The notes under the pieces were generated by a model that made no database searches, was not told the DNA's origin, and saw nothing but the letters and a program-made list of their open reading frames with translations. Below are positions 48,611 to 60,323 of a stretch of DNA of 64,000 nt, piece after piece. The DNA lies in assembly GCF_039654945.1 (NCBI RefSeq), contig NW_027361693.1:8122001-8186000 (forward strand). Reading direction: 5' to 3'. Each line of letters begins with the position of its first letter. Within the stretch, counting starts at the first letter, position 1. Made by a program: the position numbers and the translations under genes. The DNA comes from Dendrobates tinctorius. Lineage: Eukaryota.

Positions 48611-49546
48611 TGTTAGGGCTGGCGGAACGCACCAAATTATAAAATAATAGTAGGTGCGTTCGCAGCCCGGGGTCCACCGTGCAGAGGTGGTACACTGCTG
48701 CTAGGTAATGGCGGAAGAATAGAGCGGCATAAAAACAGTCACACGAGGGTTACGTCACCCAATGTGAACAGGTGCGAACTCTGTTAATGCACAGAGTCGC
48801 ACAACCGCCGAACATAGATGCCGGAGCCTGTTAAGCTCACAGAGCCCAGCCAAAACAGCGCACAGTGTACGGCCACAGAACTCTACCCCAAGGACACGGG
48901 GTTAGAGTCCTGCTACCGCGAGAGCCGCTATAGACGCTGGCTATGAAGTGGAGCACGTGCACTAAGGCGTGCCGAGTCCCTGGTGAGGACTGATGCCTGA
49001 CTCAACCTCTGTCCTACCTACACCTAAGCCTGGGTGCTAGCAGGCTTTGCTGCACAACACATGCGTACCAAGGGTAGGGATTTCTTAATGAGTCATTCAC
49101 CAGAGACATTCATACGTGCACACATCACTCACTCCACATAGTCTGTAAATACAGTCTTATCCTAGCGCATGGCCGAGCGGCCATGCGGACCTTTTATAGT
49201 TGCGAGCATCTGGGACCTTCCTGGCTTCTCGGATGGGCCAATCCGAACAGGAGCAGGACCTGAGCATGTGACCTTCGATCTCCAATGGGAGATCACTCCA
49301 CGGGCATGCTCAGTGGCCCGACATGGGGACTTAGTCCCTGGAGAATCTCGCTGCTGAGCAGCATATATTGCCATAGATATGCCAGAGGTGGCAGCAGCAA
49401 ACAAACCCACGGAGCTGGTCTGGGCAGAGCGCCTGGACCGACGAGTTTGCTGAGCAACCTCCTCTGCGACTGGAGAGGAATGAGAGACCGCTGGGAGTAA
49501 GGCTCGGGATTCTCGCTGTGCAGCGACAGAAATCCGACATCTAACA
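48611..49546. mobile_element. Solo LTR (Gypsy-type, distantly related to the LTR at 23872)
   Basis: TGTTAG...CTAACA ends; 5-bp TSD CAGAC (48606-48610 and 49547-49551); shared GGGGTCCACCGTGC and CTAGCGCATGGC motifs. Confidence 0.9.
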
Positions 49547-50150
49547 CAGACCACAGTCCTAAATTCACACATCTCTCATCTGATTGCGGTCGAAATGTTG
49601 CCTTTTAGGCTTGTGGAGATGGAAGCTTTCCACAACCTGATGGCGTTGGCTGTCTCAAGGTACTCCGTCCCCAGCCACCACTATTTCTCCTGGTGTGCCA
49701 TCCCGGCATTACTCAAGCATGTGTCCCTCAACATTACCCGTGCCCTGTTACAATGCTATTACTGGGAAAGTCCACCTAACTATGGGAACACCTGCACAAG
49801 TGCTTGTGGGCTGGGTTGCTACATCTCACTGATGGCACACTGGGTTAACATAGTGGAAGCCAGGACCCAGACGGACCTTGGAATGGAACACATCCTCCCG
49901 ACGCTGAGGATTGTGGGCCCTATGTCAATCAGGGTTGGTCCCACAGACTACAGCTCCTGCACCTCATCCTAATCCCCCTCTTCAGCCTCCATCTCCGAAA
50001 TGAGCACATCAGTCACAAGCTGGAAGCACTGCAGAACTGCCTCAGCCAAGCATCAATAGTCTGTACTGAAGTTAATATGCTTAGGTGACAAAACGCACAA
50101 TGTCGAAGAGTTGTGGACAGCTCTGAAACAGCAGGCAGATGTGTGGTTGA

Positions 50151-53100
50151 TAAATATATGTATATACCAATGGCGCTAAAGCGTACACCCACAGAACACA
50201 AAGCAGCAAGTAATAAGACAACACACCACTCAAGTTGTCTCCATAAAATAATAATAATAAATAAACCTGATAGAAACTTGCGCTAATAAAAGTGTCTTGG
50301 TTAAATAAAGATATCTTATGAAGAAATCTATTACCTTTACTGAAGCTAAAAACTGGCAAGGCAGGGAAAAAGGTCTTCAGAATGCAGGGTGGATTTCCAG
50401 GTCCTTTCCCAATGATACTCCCCGACACAGGTATATAAAAAGTTACTGGAGCTAAAGGGTGCTACCTCCTAGCATGCCGCCGTCCCGGCCGGTGACTGGC
50501 GCGCAGCTGGAGGTGTATATCGGCAGGCTGTAAGAGTACCAGTCGCCGCTTGCAAAAGCAGGCCTGCAAGGTCCGAAAAAGCTGAAGGACCTTGCGTGAC
50601 GTCACAGTCACGTGATAGATCACGTGACAGGCAAGAAAGCCCTATGGGGCGCTGATGGGGCCAGAAAGCAATGGCAAATCCTACGCGTTGCGGAATTCAC
50701 TGATTCCTTCTTCAGGGATGGCCCCCTAGAGCAAGAGGAACCCTTATATAGCCTCCAGTATATAGCAATGGAGCATTATACTATGCATTAAAAGCAAATA
50801 GCTCAATCTCGCTATTTAAACCGTTTGGGATCAGAGTATTCAATTCAAAAATCCATTTACTTTCCACCCTGGACATCTGATGGATAAAATTACCTTTCCT
50901 GATACTTCTTTTAACTATTTGAATCCCAGTCACTTTAGTGTCCCTTAGGGAGCTCCCATGATGTGTAAGATAATGATTAGAGAGGGGGTGACCTGTGAAT
51001 TTCTTACAAATATTCCGTAAATGTTCCCCAATTCTGACATTTAAGGGACGTATCGTTCGACCTATATATAATTTATCACATGGACATGTGATACAATATA
51101 TCACCCCCTTCGTGTCACAGGTGATAAAATCACGAATCTGAATCTCCATGGATTTATTTATAATAGAGAATTGTTTCTTACTGCCTAATTTTCTGCAAGA
51201 TACACATTTTTGGCAGGGAAAAAAACCTTTTAATTGCTGTTGTGAATGAAAATTGGGGCCTTTTTTAGATATTGAAATAGAAGGGGCTACCAGGTTACCT
51301 AAATTATTTGCCCTTCTAAAGACAAACCTAGGGCGGGCTGGTAGAACTTCCCCTATGATTTTATCATTCTTCAAAATACCCCAGTGTTTACAAATTTACA
51401 ATTTTTCTGAGAATTTGACTATTTGAATTATACTGGGTGATAATAGGAATCTCGTCTATACTAATATTTTCTTTTTTTTTTTATTTTATGTCTGAGGAAT
51501 TGTTCCCTTGGTATATGTCCAATATATTCCCTGGTTGCTAGCAGGGATTGGGTATCATAACCTTTTTGACAAAATTTTTTGATTAGAGTTTCAGCGTCAG
51601 TTAAATAGTCCTGTGACTTGGAACAATTTCTATGAGCCCGTATGAATTGGCTCTTTGGAATATTAAGAAGCCAACTTGGGAGATGACAGCTTTCTAGCGA
51701 AATATAATTGTTTGAATTAGTGGGTTTGTGAAATAGTTGTGTCTGAATGGTGTTGTCCTCAATAAAGATTTTTAAGTCTAAAAAGTTAATCTCCGTGAGA
51801 CTAGTAGTTGCGGTAAATTTTAAAAAATAACAATTTTTATTCAATTCATCAATAAAATCTGTTAAAAGAGTAGGCCCACCAGACCAAATAAAAATAATAT
51901 CATCTATGAAGCGGTGCCAGAGTACCAGATTTGCGCGCAGCCTGCCCTCGGGAAAGATGGTTTCATGTTCCCACTTGCCAACATACAAATTTGCATAACT
52001 GGGCGCGAATCTGGTACCCATAGCGGTCCCCCACTTCTGGGAGTAGTAGTTCGCTCCATAGTAAAAATAGTTGTGGGTGAGTATAAAATAAATACAATCG
52101 ACAATAAAAGCAATCTGGTCGCTGGGAAAGCTTTTAGCCTCTGACATAAAGAATTCCGCAGATTTGCAACCCTTTTCATGTTCAATAACTGTGTAAAGGG
52201 AAGTTATATCTAAAGTCCCTAAGATGAAATGATCTTTCCATTCTATAGTATTTAAAACCTGTAAAACATGAGTAGTGTCCTTCAAATAGGCTGGAAGGGC
52301 AGGGACTAATTGCTGTAAATGGTAGTCCACAAACTTAGAAAGATTAGCTGTCAGGCCGCCAATAGCCGATATTATTGGTCGGCCCGGGGGTTTGATCAAA
52401 CTCTTATGTATCTTTGGGATGTAATAAAAATATGGTATCCTAGGGTGAGTGGTGTTGATAAAGTCAAATTCCTCTTTCTTTATATACCCCTTATCGAAAC
52501 CACATTTGATGAGGACCTGCATTTCTGCAAGGTACCTTTCTGAAGGGTCACTGTCCAATAATTCATAGGTACGTGAATCCGATAGTATCCTCAAAGACTC
52601 TTCCTCATAGTCAGAAGTGTTCAAAATTACTATGCTGCCCCCTTTGTCAGCCGGTCTTAGTGTAATTGCATGATTTGTCTGAAGCCGTTTAATAGCTGAA
52701 CGTTCACTGCTAGATAAATTATACTTAAATTTTCTGCATCTTTTATCAGATATACTCCTAATATCCTGTATCACGTTATTCTGAAATGCCTCAAAGGCTT
52801 CTGAGTATTCTTGAATCGGATTGAAATTGGATTTCTTCTTTAGACCGGTATGCTGATAAGGGTCTATAATTTCAAACAGATTTGTGACGTCGCTAGAAGT
52901 CACTCTTTATTTCATATAGAATTTTTTTATGGCTAATCTCCTCATAAAAGTTTTGATACCAATAAACGCCTGGAACTTGTTAAAACCCACACTGGGTGCA
53001 AATTTGAGGCCTTTACTCAGTAATCTTTTCTCATTATCCTTTAAACTGTAGTCACTAAGATTAAACATTTTTTGTTCTGAATGGCTCACTTGATCCTCTG

Positions 53101-53312
53101 GTATTTGTTGTTTATTCTTTTTTTTTGGTAAATTTCCCGCCCCTACATCCCCTCTGCTGTATTTTTTTGGATCCACCTGAAAAAACGGCAAATGGCTTTG
53201 TTTAGTTTTAGGTTTATTTTTTGTAAGAAGAGGACCCTCATTGAGGGCTAGGGGTAATTGATTGGGATTGTTATTAGAAGTAGAAGAATGGTTAACTGTA
53301 CTTGCAAGAGGA
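50151..53312 (-). mobile_element. Penelope-like element C (5'-truncated): end of ORF1, RT, GIY-YIG and pLTR
   Basis: RT at 51461-52903 (PADKGG, RFIDD). EN at 50781-51374 (CQKCVSC, GVIYCITCPCDKLYIGRT). Flanking duplication GTGGTTGA (50143-50150 and 53313-53320); the hAT frame resumes afterwards. Confidence 0.94.
50678..50719 (-). ncRNA. Minimal type I hammerhead of PLE-C (GAAA changed to GCAA)
   Basis: ATCC-CTGAAGA-A-GGAAT(cagtga)ATTCC-GCAA-CGCG-TA-GGAT; TATATAA about 25 nt upstream. Confidence 0.8.
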
Positions 53313-55347
53313 GTGGTTGACACCGCTGAACCTACAGACAGGCATGGTCTTGTGTGACAATGGCCAGAACCTGGTGGCAGCTCTGAGGCGAGCTCACACA
53401 CATTCCACGCCTGGCCCATATGCTTATACTCGTTGTTCAACAGTTTTTCAAAAGCTACCCGGATTTGCAGGATCTGCTTGTCAAAGTACGCCGCCTGTGT
53501 GCCTATTTTAGAAAGTCAGCTCCAGTTTCTGCCACCCTTGCCGTGCTTCAGCAGCATTTGCAGCTTCTGGCTTACCGACTGGTGTGTGATGTCCCAACAT
53601 GTTGGAACTCAAAACTGCACATGTTGGAAAGGATTTGTGAGTAGAAGAGGGCAGTTGTTGACTACTAGCATCTACAAGGCTGTCAGTATTCAGTTCAGAA
53701 TCCATACAAAAGACCTCAGGAGTGGACATAGATATCAGACCTATGTACCATCCTACAAATCGTTGAGGAGTCCACCAAGATGGTGAGCGGCAATGACACC
53801 ATAACTAGCGTCACCATCCTTCTCTGTCTTCTGAAATGCTCTCTGCTCACAATCAAAGAGGTGGCATTGCAGGCTGTGCATGATGAGATGGAGCAAGGAA
53901 GCAAACAGGGTGATTACACGCAGCCAAGCCTCACGTCGAAGAGGAGGAGGAGGAAGAACAGGAGCTACTTTCATGCACAATAAATGGTACTACAAGCACA
54001 ACTGTCATACCGTCTGTTCAGTGTGGATGGCCTGAGGATGGAGGAGGAGAGCATGGACAGTCGTCCTCTTGGTGAGGACACAGAAGTCTTGCCTGTTAGC
54101 AGTCTGCCATGCATGGCTGAATTTTTGTTGTGCTGCCTTTCCCGTGACCCTCATATTGTCAAAATTTTGGCTGACAATAATTACTGGTTGATGACACTTC
54201 TATACCCATGCTACAAGGAGAGCTATCAATTAATTCTTCCAGAGGCAGACAGGGGTGCTAAAATGGTGCTGTACCAGAAGGCTCTTGTTATGGAGTTATT
54301 AAAAAAAATTCTCTTCTGAAAACGCTGGCGGCAGATGTCACATTTTGTTGGACAACCAAGGAGTACAGGCGAGAGAGACATAACTCCAATCCAGTGCAAC
54401 ACTGTTAAAGTTCTGGGAGAGTTTTCTCAGACCCTTCCATCGCAGTGACCATGATGCGTGGCACACTGTCACAAGGAGTGCAATGTTTTGGAAGACGGTG
54501 AGGGAGCACCTTGCTGACAGTACCAACGACTGCCAAGATTCCTCTGTGCCTTTTAATTATTGGGTCTCAAAGCTGGATACGTGGCATGAACTGGCTCTCT
54601 ACACCTTGGAGGTTCTGGCCTGTCCTGCCACTAGTGTTTTGTGACAGCGTGATTTTAGTGCTGCTGGTGAACTTATAACTGATAAGAACATCTGCCTGTC
54701 AACTGAAAATGCGGACAGGCTGACTCTTATAAAAATGAACAAGGTCTAGATTGGAGCAGAATTCTGTACACCACCGCATGAGAACAGTGAAATCTAACCT
54801 CAAATCCAGTGTCTGTTTTTGTGAGGTACAGTATACTCCCATGCACCTCTTCACACCCACACATGGGGTTACACTTCCTGATTTTGGACATTTTCTGTTA
54901 TTCTCCTCCTCCTCATCCTAATCATCCACCACCACTAGATCACCATGGTGACTGTGGTCCATGATGCAACAGCCACTAGAAATTTTTGCAAGGGTGTTTA
55001 TGATGCCTGTTCCAAAAATCTTTACACTCTATGTTGAGGGGTGTCCCCTCCAGGGCAAAATGCTTTTCAGCCTATACACTTAGTGTATGGGCATTAAAAG
55101 AATATGCGACCCGCTCCTGTAAACTGGGAAAAGAGTTTTAGTAGGCCATCCTCCACGTCTCTTTCGACACCATCACCAGATCACCAGGGTAATCATGGCC
55201 TGTGAAGCAAAAGCCACTATAATTTTTTGCCAGGTGGTTTATGATGGCCGTTAAAAATATTTACACAGTAGGTTGATGTGTACCCCCTGAGGGAAATGTT
55301 TGTAAGCTCATACACTTAGTGTGTGGGCATTACAAGTATAGGAGACC

Positions 55348-55690
55348 TGCCAAAAACCCCACATACTCCCGTCACCTTCAATTAAATATATCTTATAACA
55401 CATGATATAGTTGACATATCGCTATATAACTATCATTCTTGCCAGTTATTGTGTAAGCTCTCCGCCATTTTTGTCAATTGTTACACAATGTCACGGAAGT
55501 GTCCATATTTGTTCATTTCCTCTTCTGTCTTGCTATAAAAGATCAAGCCCCCACCTTAATAAAGGATGAGATTAACTTGATAGACAAGCAACCTGTGTCT
55601 CTCGTTTTATTTCTCCACTCCTAGGCAAGAGAAGCTCTACCTGAGCTCCACCAGAGGTTGGTGACTAGAGAAAAAATCCCAACGCTGACA
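55348..55690 (+). repeat. ERV 5' LTR
   Basis: TG...CA ends, TATAAAA at 55534, AATAAA at 55558, PBS 3 nt downstream. The 5' boundary is inferred. Confidence 0.75.
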
Positions 55691-55693
55691 GCT

Positions 55694-55711
55694 TGGAGGC
55701 CCCAGTGAGAT
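55694..55711 (+). promoter_or_regulatory. Primer-binding site, probably tRNA-Thr(UGU)
   Basis: TGGAGGCCCCAGTGAGAT. From recalled vertebrate tRNA-Thr(UGU) 3' end (..ATCTCGCTGGGGCCTCCA), one mismatch. Confidence 0.75.
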
Positions 55712-58700
55712 TGCATTACCCTTTAACTATCAATTTGGACTAAAAAAGATTGCCTTGCTTCTGTCGGAGGGAGAGGAGAAAGAGGACACCCGGGTAAGTG
55801 AGCATTTTTGCTCGCATCCTTTCTTGTCTCCCTCAGACAAGGTAGGTAGGTCAGTCTGTCTGGATTTTTGAATGGGAATCCCCTCGGGAAATAAAATTTA
55901 GGTTTATTTCTATCTCTTTGCTTTAAATCTATTTTGTTTTTGTGTTTTTGTTTATTGTTGCATATTTGTATTTGTTTATATGTCTAAAAATACTAACCAT
56001 CCTAACATCTTAATTTTTTTTTGTTTGCTTAATTGTTTAATTGTTGTTGCAAAGCAAAGACCGGGTATAGACTAAAAGTGCTGCTAAAAATTTTCTTTGA
56101 TAGTCTTAAAAGATTGCTGACTGCTGAAATTGTGTGCCTGGTGTGTCTGGATTACTGAAACAATTGTATGAGAGTGGTATGTTGTATGTAGTATGTAGGA
56201 CTGAAAATAGAAGGTAATGTTGTGTTACACATGTTCCACCTTTCTCACTTTGATTGCTATTTTGGTTTTTCTTTGGCTGGTGGATTATGTCATCACATGT
56301 TTTTGTTGTTTTGCTAGTTGCTAGGTTGTAAAAGGATAAGAATTAGTTGATTGTTTGGTGTGACTCTGCAAGAAATAATATTGAAGAAGTATTACCCAGG
56401 GAGATTTGATAAATGTCCTGTGCTCAGTGTGTTCAAAGTATAATTATAAAAAGTTTGCAGACAAATTCGACCCCACGTTACTGGCAGTCTGAGGAAAAAA
56501 TCACTGGAGGTGTTGGTTGGTGGGCAGCTATAACGTGGCGTGGACCTGTGAGAGTGTATCTTCTGGCTATAAACATTCATTTTAGAGTACCTCGAGATAT
56601 CTTTGCGGCTGGATGTGAGTTAACGGAGGTATTGCAAAGAGTTGGAATTGAAGGAGGTGGTTATTGTCCAGTAGCATTAAGACACTTTGAGATGGATACT
56701 CAGAGTATAAATCTGTGAAACATACGTATTACATGCCGTGTGAAAACTGTTTGTGCTCGGTTACTATAGTTGAAAAAAGAGTGAGAAGATTAAGGTCTGA
56801 TTGGTTTTTGGAAAGAATACATTTGACTCCAGTTGTTCCCCATCAGTATAGAAGAGGAAACAAATTGTATAGTGTTCTCTTGTCACCTGGTACCACACCC
56901 ACATGCATTATTGAAAAGTTGGTCATACATCTTAGAGACTAGATGGTATATGCCAAGGTGGCAAGATATAGTCTCGCATGAATATTATTTTGATTTCTCT
57001 GGAACAGACTCAGGAATAGACTTGGAATGCTCGGAGTCTAGCGAGAATTCAGATTCTGATGTATGAGGAATATATAGCGCTTGCTTTTGGAATAGTATTG
57101 TTTGTAGTGATATATAGTTACTGTGCCTGTTCTACAAGGTGTGTAGTAGAATCAGGACAGAACAGAGAGTAAAAGTTCAGCTTGTTACTCTGGAAGCAGA
57201 GATTGCTGGGCATCATAACCGTCCTGTGGGATCCTGCTATTATACGTATCAGAGCTGAAGATAGGAGTAGCTACCTTTGACAGCTTCTGATAGCTTTCTG
57301 TTATGGGTATTAAATTTACCAGGCCAGGACGAAAAATGAATCCAAGGTATAAAATGAAGGACCTGGTGCACTTGGAGCAAGGGCAAAAAGCGGTGAAAAA
57401 TGCTACAAAATTTTTAGAGCCAGCAGGAATGCCGAAGAATGGGTGTTTGGATGTTGAAAGATGGAAGCAATTTAGCAGAGAACATGAGAAATGGATTGAG
57501 AAAAATGGCTATGAGGAGCAGGTGGCTGCATGGATGAGAACAGCTGAGCAGCATGATCCATATTTTAATACAGATAATGATGATGACGAGGGGGAGTTAG
57601 CCCAAAGAAGGAGAGAGAGATTGCAGGCAACGCAGGCACGAGGGGCCCCTCCTTTACAGCAACAGTCTGTGTTAGCCGCTCCCTCCACCCCTTTGAGTGA
57701 GAGTGGGGAAATCGCTTTAAGCGACTCAAATATTACCAGTAGTTGCAGTCCTACAAAAGACAGAATCACCAGTGGGAAAGAGATAGAATCTATGTCCACT
57801 GAGGCAGTAGCTTCAACTCCAACAGATAGTTTTGTGCCTTATTTTTCTTCACCATCATTCTTGTCTCCACCAGACCTACACATGTCAGGACCCCATTCAG
57901 TTCAGGTACCAGTGATTTATCAGATACCAGGAACCCCATACATTCAGCATGTGGGGGAGAGAATGATTCCTTAGGCATCTCCAATGCCGATGCGTTTGAC
58001 CCCCCTTACCTATGAGTCTTCTCCTCCTACATACTCGGCTACAAGTCAATACCCTGCGCTTCCTAAAGGGTCCCCAGATAGTTTTTCTACCCCAATAAGG
58101 AGTTCTGGACAGGGAGGACTGGAGGCTGCAGGGGGAAGTGAGGATGATTTTAATTTACAGATGACACCCAGGCCCTCCCAGAGTAGCCCCCAGGTAGCGA
58201 AGCTGAAGTTAACCAGGAGAAATAATGAGTGGAGATGTGAGGAAAGTCACCAGCAGAGTGAGGATAATCAGGGTTATTCGAATAGAGCTATGAGATCTGT
58301 TACTTGGATCTGTAATAAATGCAGCAACCCGCAGGAGAAGGGAAAGACAGAATGTGATTTTTGCAGAAGGGCTGAGAGACATGCTACAGTCAGCAGCTTC
58401 CCTGTGATAACTCAAACTATGAGCAGACCTCCGGAGGATGGGGAGAATGAGGCAAAGGTTGATACCACCATTTGGTACAAGCCATGGAGTAGATCTGAGC
58501 AGTGGGCCATGGCAAATAGCTTCCCTGATCCCTATAAGAATCCATTAGGATTCTATAGAGCAGTGGAAGGGGTAGCTGATAATTATGATGCAGCCTGGAA
58601 TGATTTGTAAACATTGTGCCAAATATCTGCTGGAGTGCCTCTGCTTGAGAAAATAAAGGCAGTCCCTGCAGATACTAACATAATTCAGGAAGTTCCAGAC

Positions 58701-59009
58701 GATAAGAAAACCAGAAAATCAGGGAGACAGTTCATAGCAAGGTTACATGTGGTAGCCAAGAAGCTAATAGAAGAGTTGACTTCAGGGTTACCTGAAGTAT
58801 TTCAGGAACCAGATGAACCTATTGACAAGTTCCATGCCAGGTGTGCAGCGGTGTTCACAGACCATGACTATGATCTGAAAAATCCTAGAATTGCATATAT
58901 AGGAAGGAGAGAAGTCCGGCTTTCAGGATCGCGCTGTTCCAGTCCAAAGTTCACAAGGAGTTAATCCAAGGACCAAGCAGTGATTATAACTTTCTTTTTA
59001 TTCCATAAA

Positions 59010-59050
59010 CTCTACGCGTTTCTTGTACACACTGTACACTTCCTCAGGAG
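59010..59050 (-). ncRNA. Type I hammerhead with the helix II closing pair mutated
   Basis: Reverse complement of 59538-59578 with one substitution. Confidence 0.8.
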
Positions 59051-59537
59051 CAAAGTTACACTGGCATCACATTCCATTCTCCTTATATACTAACTCCCCC
59101 AGGAAGTGAGGTAGGTGCTCATTGCACTTAAAAAAATTCACACATAACTATCAACATTCACAAATCTCTTATATAACCGCACTTATATTTTCCTTTCAGT
59201 ATTAACCCTTCATTCAACATATTATACTTTTAAGTGCGGTTATATAAGAGATTTGTGAATGTTGTTCTGCTAATTGATATGATGTACCAAGAATTTTAGA
59301 TTTTTATTGAGTATAATCATAATTTTATTATAATGTTTTACATTTTTTCTAGTGTGAAGTTTTACATATGTGTGTTTTTATAGAAGTGTGTTTTATAGAT
59401 GAATTTTAGTGATTTTTGTGATTTTACATTATGTTGATAGTTATGTGTGAATTTTTTTAAGTGCAATGAGCACCTACCTCACTTCCTGGGGGAGTTAGTA
59501 TATAAGGAGAATGGAATGTGATGCCAGTGTAACTTTG

Positions 59538-59578
59538 CTCCTGAGGAAGTGTACAGTGTGTACACGAAACGCGTAGAG
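59538..59578 (+). ncRNA. Minimal type I hammerhead, intact core
   Basis: CTC-CTGAGGA-A-GTGTACA(gtg)TGTACAC-GAAA-CGCG-TA-GAG. Confidence 0.9.
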
Positions 59579-60323
59579 TTTATGGAATAAAAAGAAAGTT
59601 ATAATCACTGCTTGGTCCTTGGATTAACTCCTTGTGAACTTTGGACTGGAACAGCGCGATCCTGAAAGCCGGACTTCTCTCCTTCCTATATATGCAATTC
59701 TAGTGACCGGCTGATTGCTGCAGTTCATCGGATCCTACCCATTTGTGCTTATGGTTGTTGTGTTCCACACAACTGAACCAGGTGAGTGGATCCATATCTG
59801 TGAAACGTTTATATCATTGGATAAGACCCTATTGTGCGCTTCTGTCTCCCCCCTTTTTTTACTGAAAAATCCTAGGGAAGCTAGGTTTCTCAAAAACATG
59901 TTTCTAACTGGATTAAGAGATGAGCTGAGAGCTGAAGTAATGAAAGTAAGACCTGAATGTGTATTTGCCACAGTGGAAAATTCTCTTCCCGTGTTTCGGG
60001 GAATAGAAGACCAAATTAATAAACGAAAAGCAAAAAAACAGCAGAAACCCGTGCCTGTCATGGTAAATATACCTTCTGATGCCTTCCATAATGCTGTCAG
60101 AACTGCGGTACAAGCATCAGGCATACATAACAGAGCTACGGGAGGATACAGAAGGAGAGATGGGGTAATAGACCCCAAGGAGTGCAGACAGAAAGGGCTT
60201 TGCTACGGATGTGGCCAGAGAGGGCACATCAAAAGGAATTGTCTCAAGAGTAGAACAACCACACCAGAGCAGACTCGTGTTTCACTGGTAGCAATTGACG
60301 AGGCAGGAAATTTGTCAGACTAG

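Larger units (their letters stand above)
46082..55347 (+). mobile_element. Degraded autonomous hAT transposon, interrupted by a solo LTR, PLE-C and the ERV
   Basis: TIR TAGTGATGAGCGAGC. BED finger (AICTTC..HIAAKH, ~48255-48350), LPFRLVE..YSVPSHHYFS, CDNGQNLVAAL, DVPTCWNS and C-terminal dimerisation motif (YW..LACPATSV..FSAAG, ~54557-54740). Confidence 0.9.
58889..59861. mobile_element. Non-coding PLE-type insertion: inverted pLTR pair with two hammerheads
   Basis: TSD CTGAAAAATCCTAG (58875-58888 and 59862-59875). Arms 58885-59158 and 59431-59703. Confidence 0.9.
57303..60323 (+). pseudogene. gag: ERV gag with two in-frame stops and a PLE-type insertion
   Basis: MGIKFT myristoylation-type start, PPTY late domain, WxCxxC..CxxC finger and CCHC knuckle CYGCGQRGHIKRNC. 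Frame rejoins DLKNPR|EARFLK across the insertion. Confidence 0.88.

Noticed and set aside
52904-52909. Programmed readthrough within the PLE-C RT frame
   Set aside because: The homologous region of PLE-B is open, and this copy has other lesions, so it is most likely a nonsense mutation.
52907-53440. 177-aa ORF starting with ATG as the PLE-C N-terminus
   Set aside because: The first ~42 codons are antisense hAT sequence beyond the junction at 53312.
47440-54790. ZBED-family host gene
   Set aside because: It has many stops and frameshifts, a TIR upstream and nested insertions, so it is a dead hAT transposase.
59715-59861. Hydrophobic N-terminus of the 202-aa ORF as a signal peptide
   Set aside because: It derives from the inserted PLE-type element; the true gag frame resumes at ~59862.
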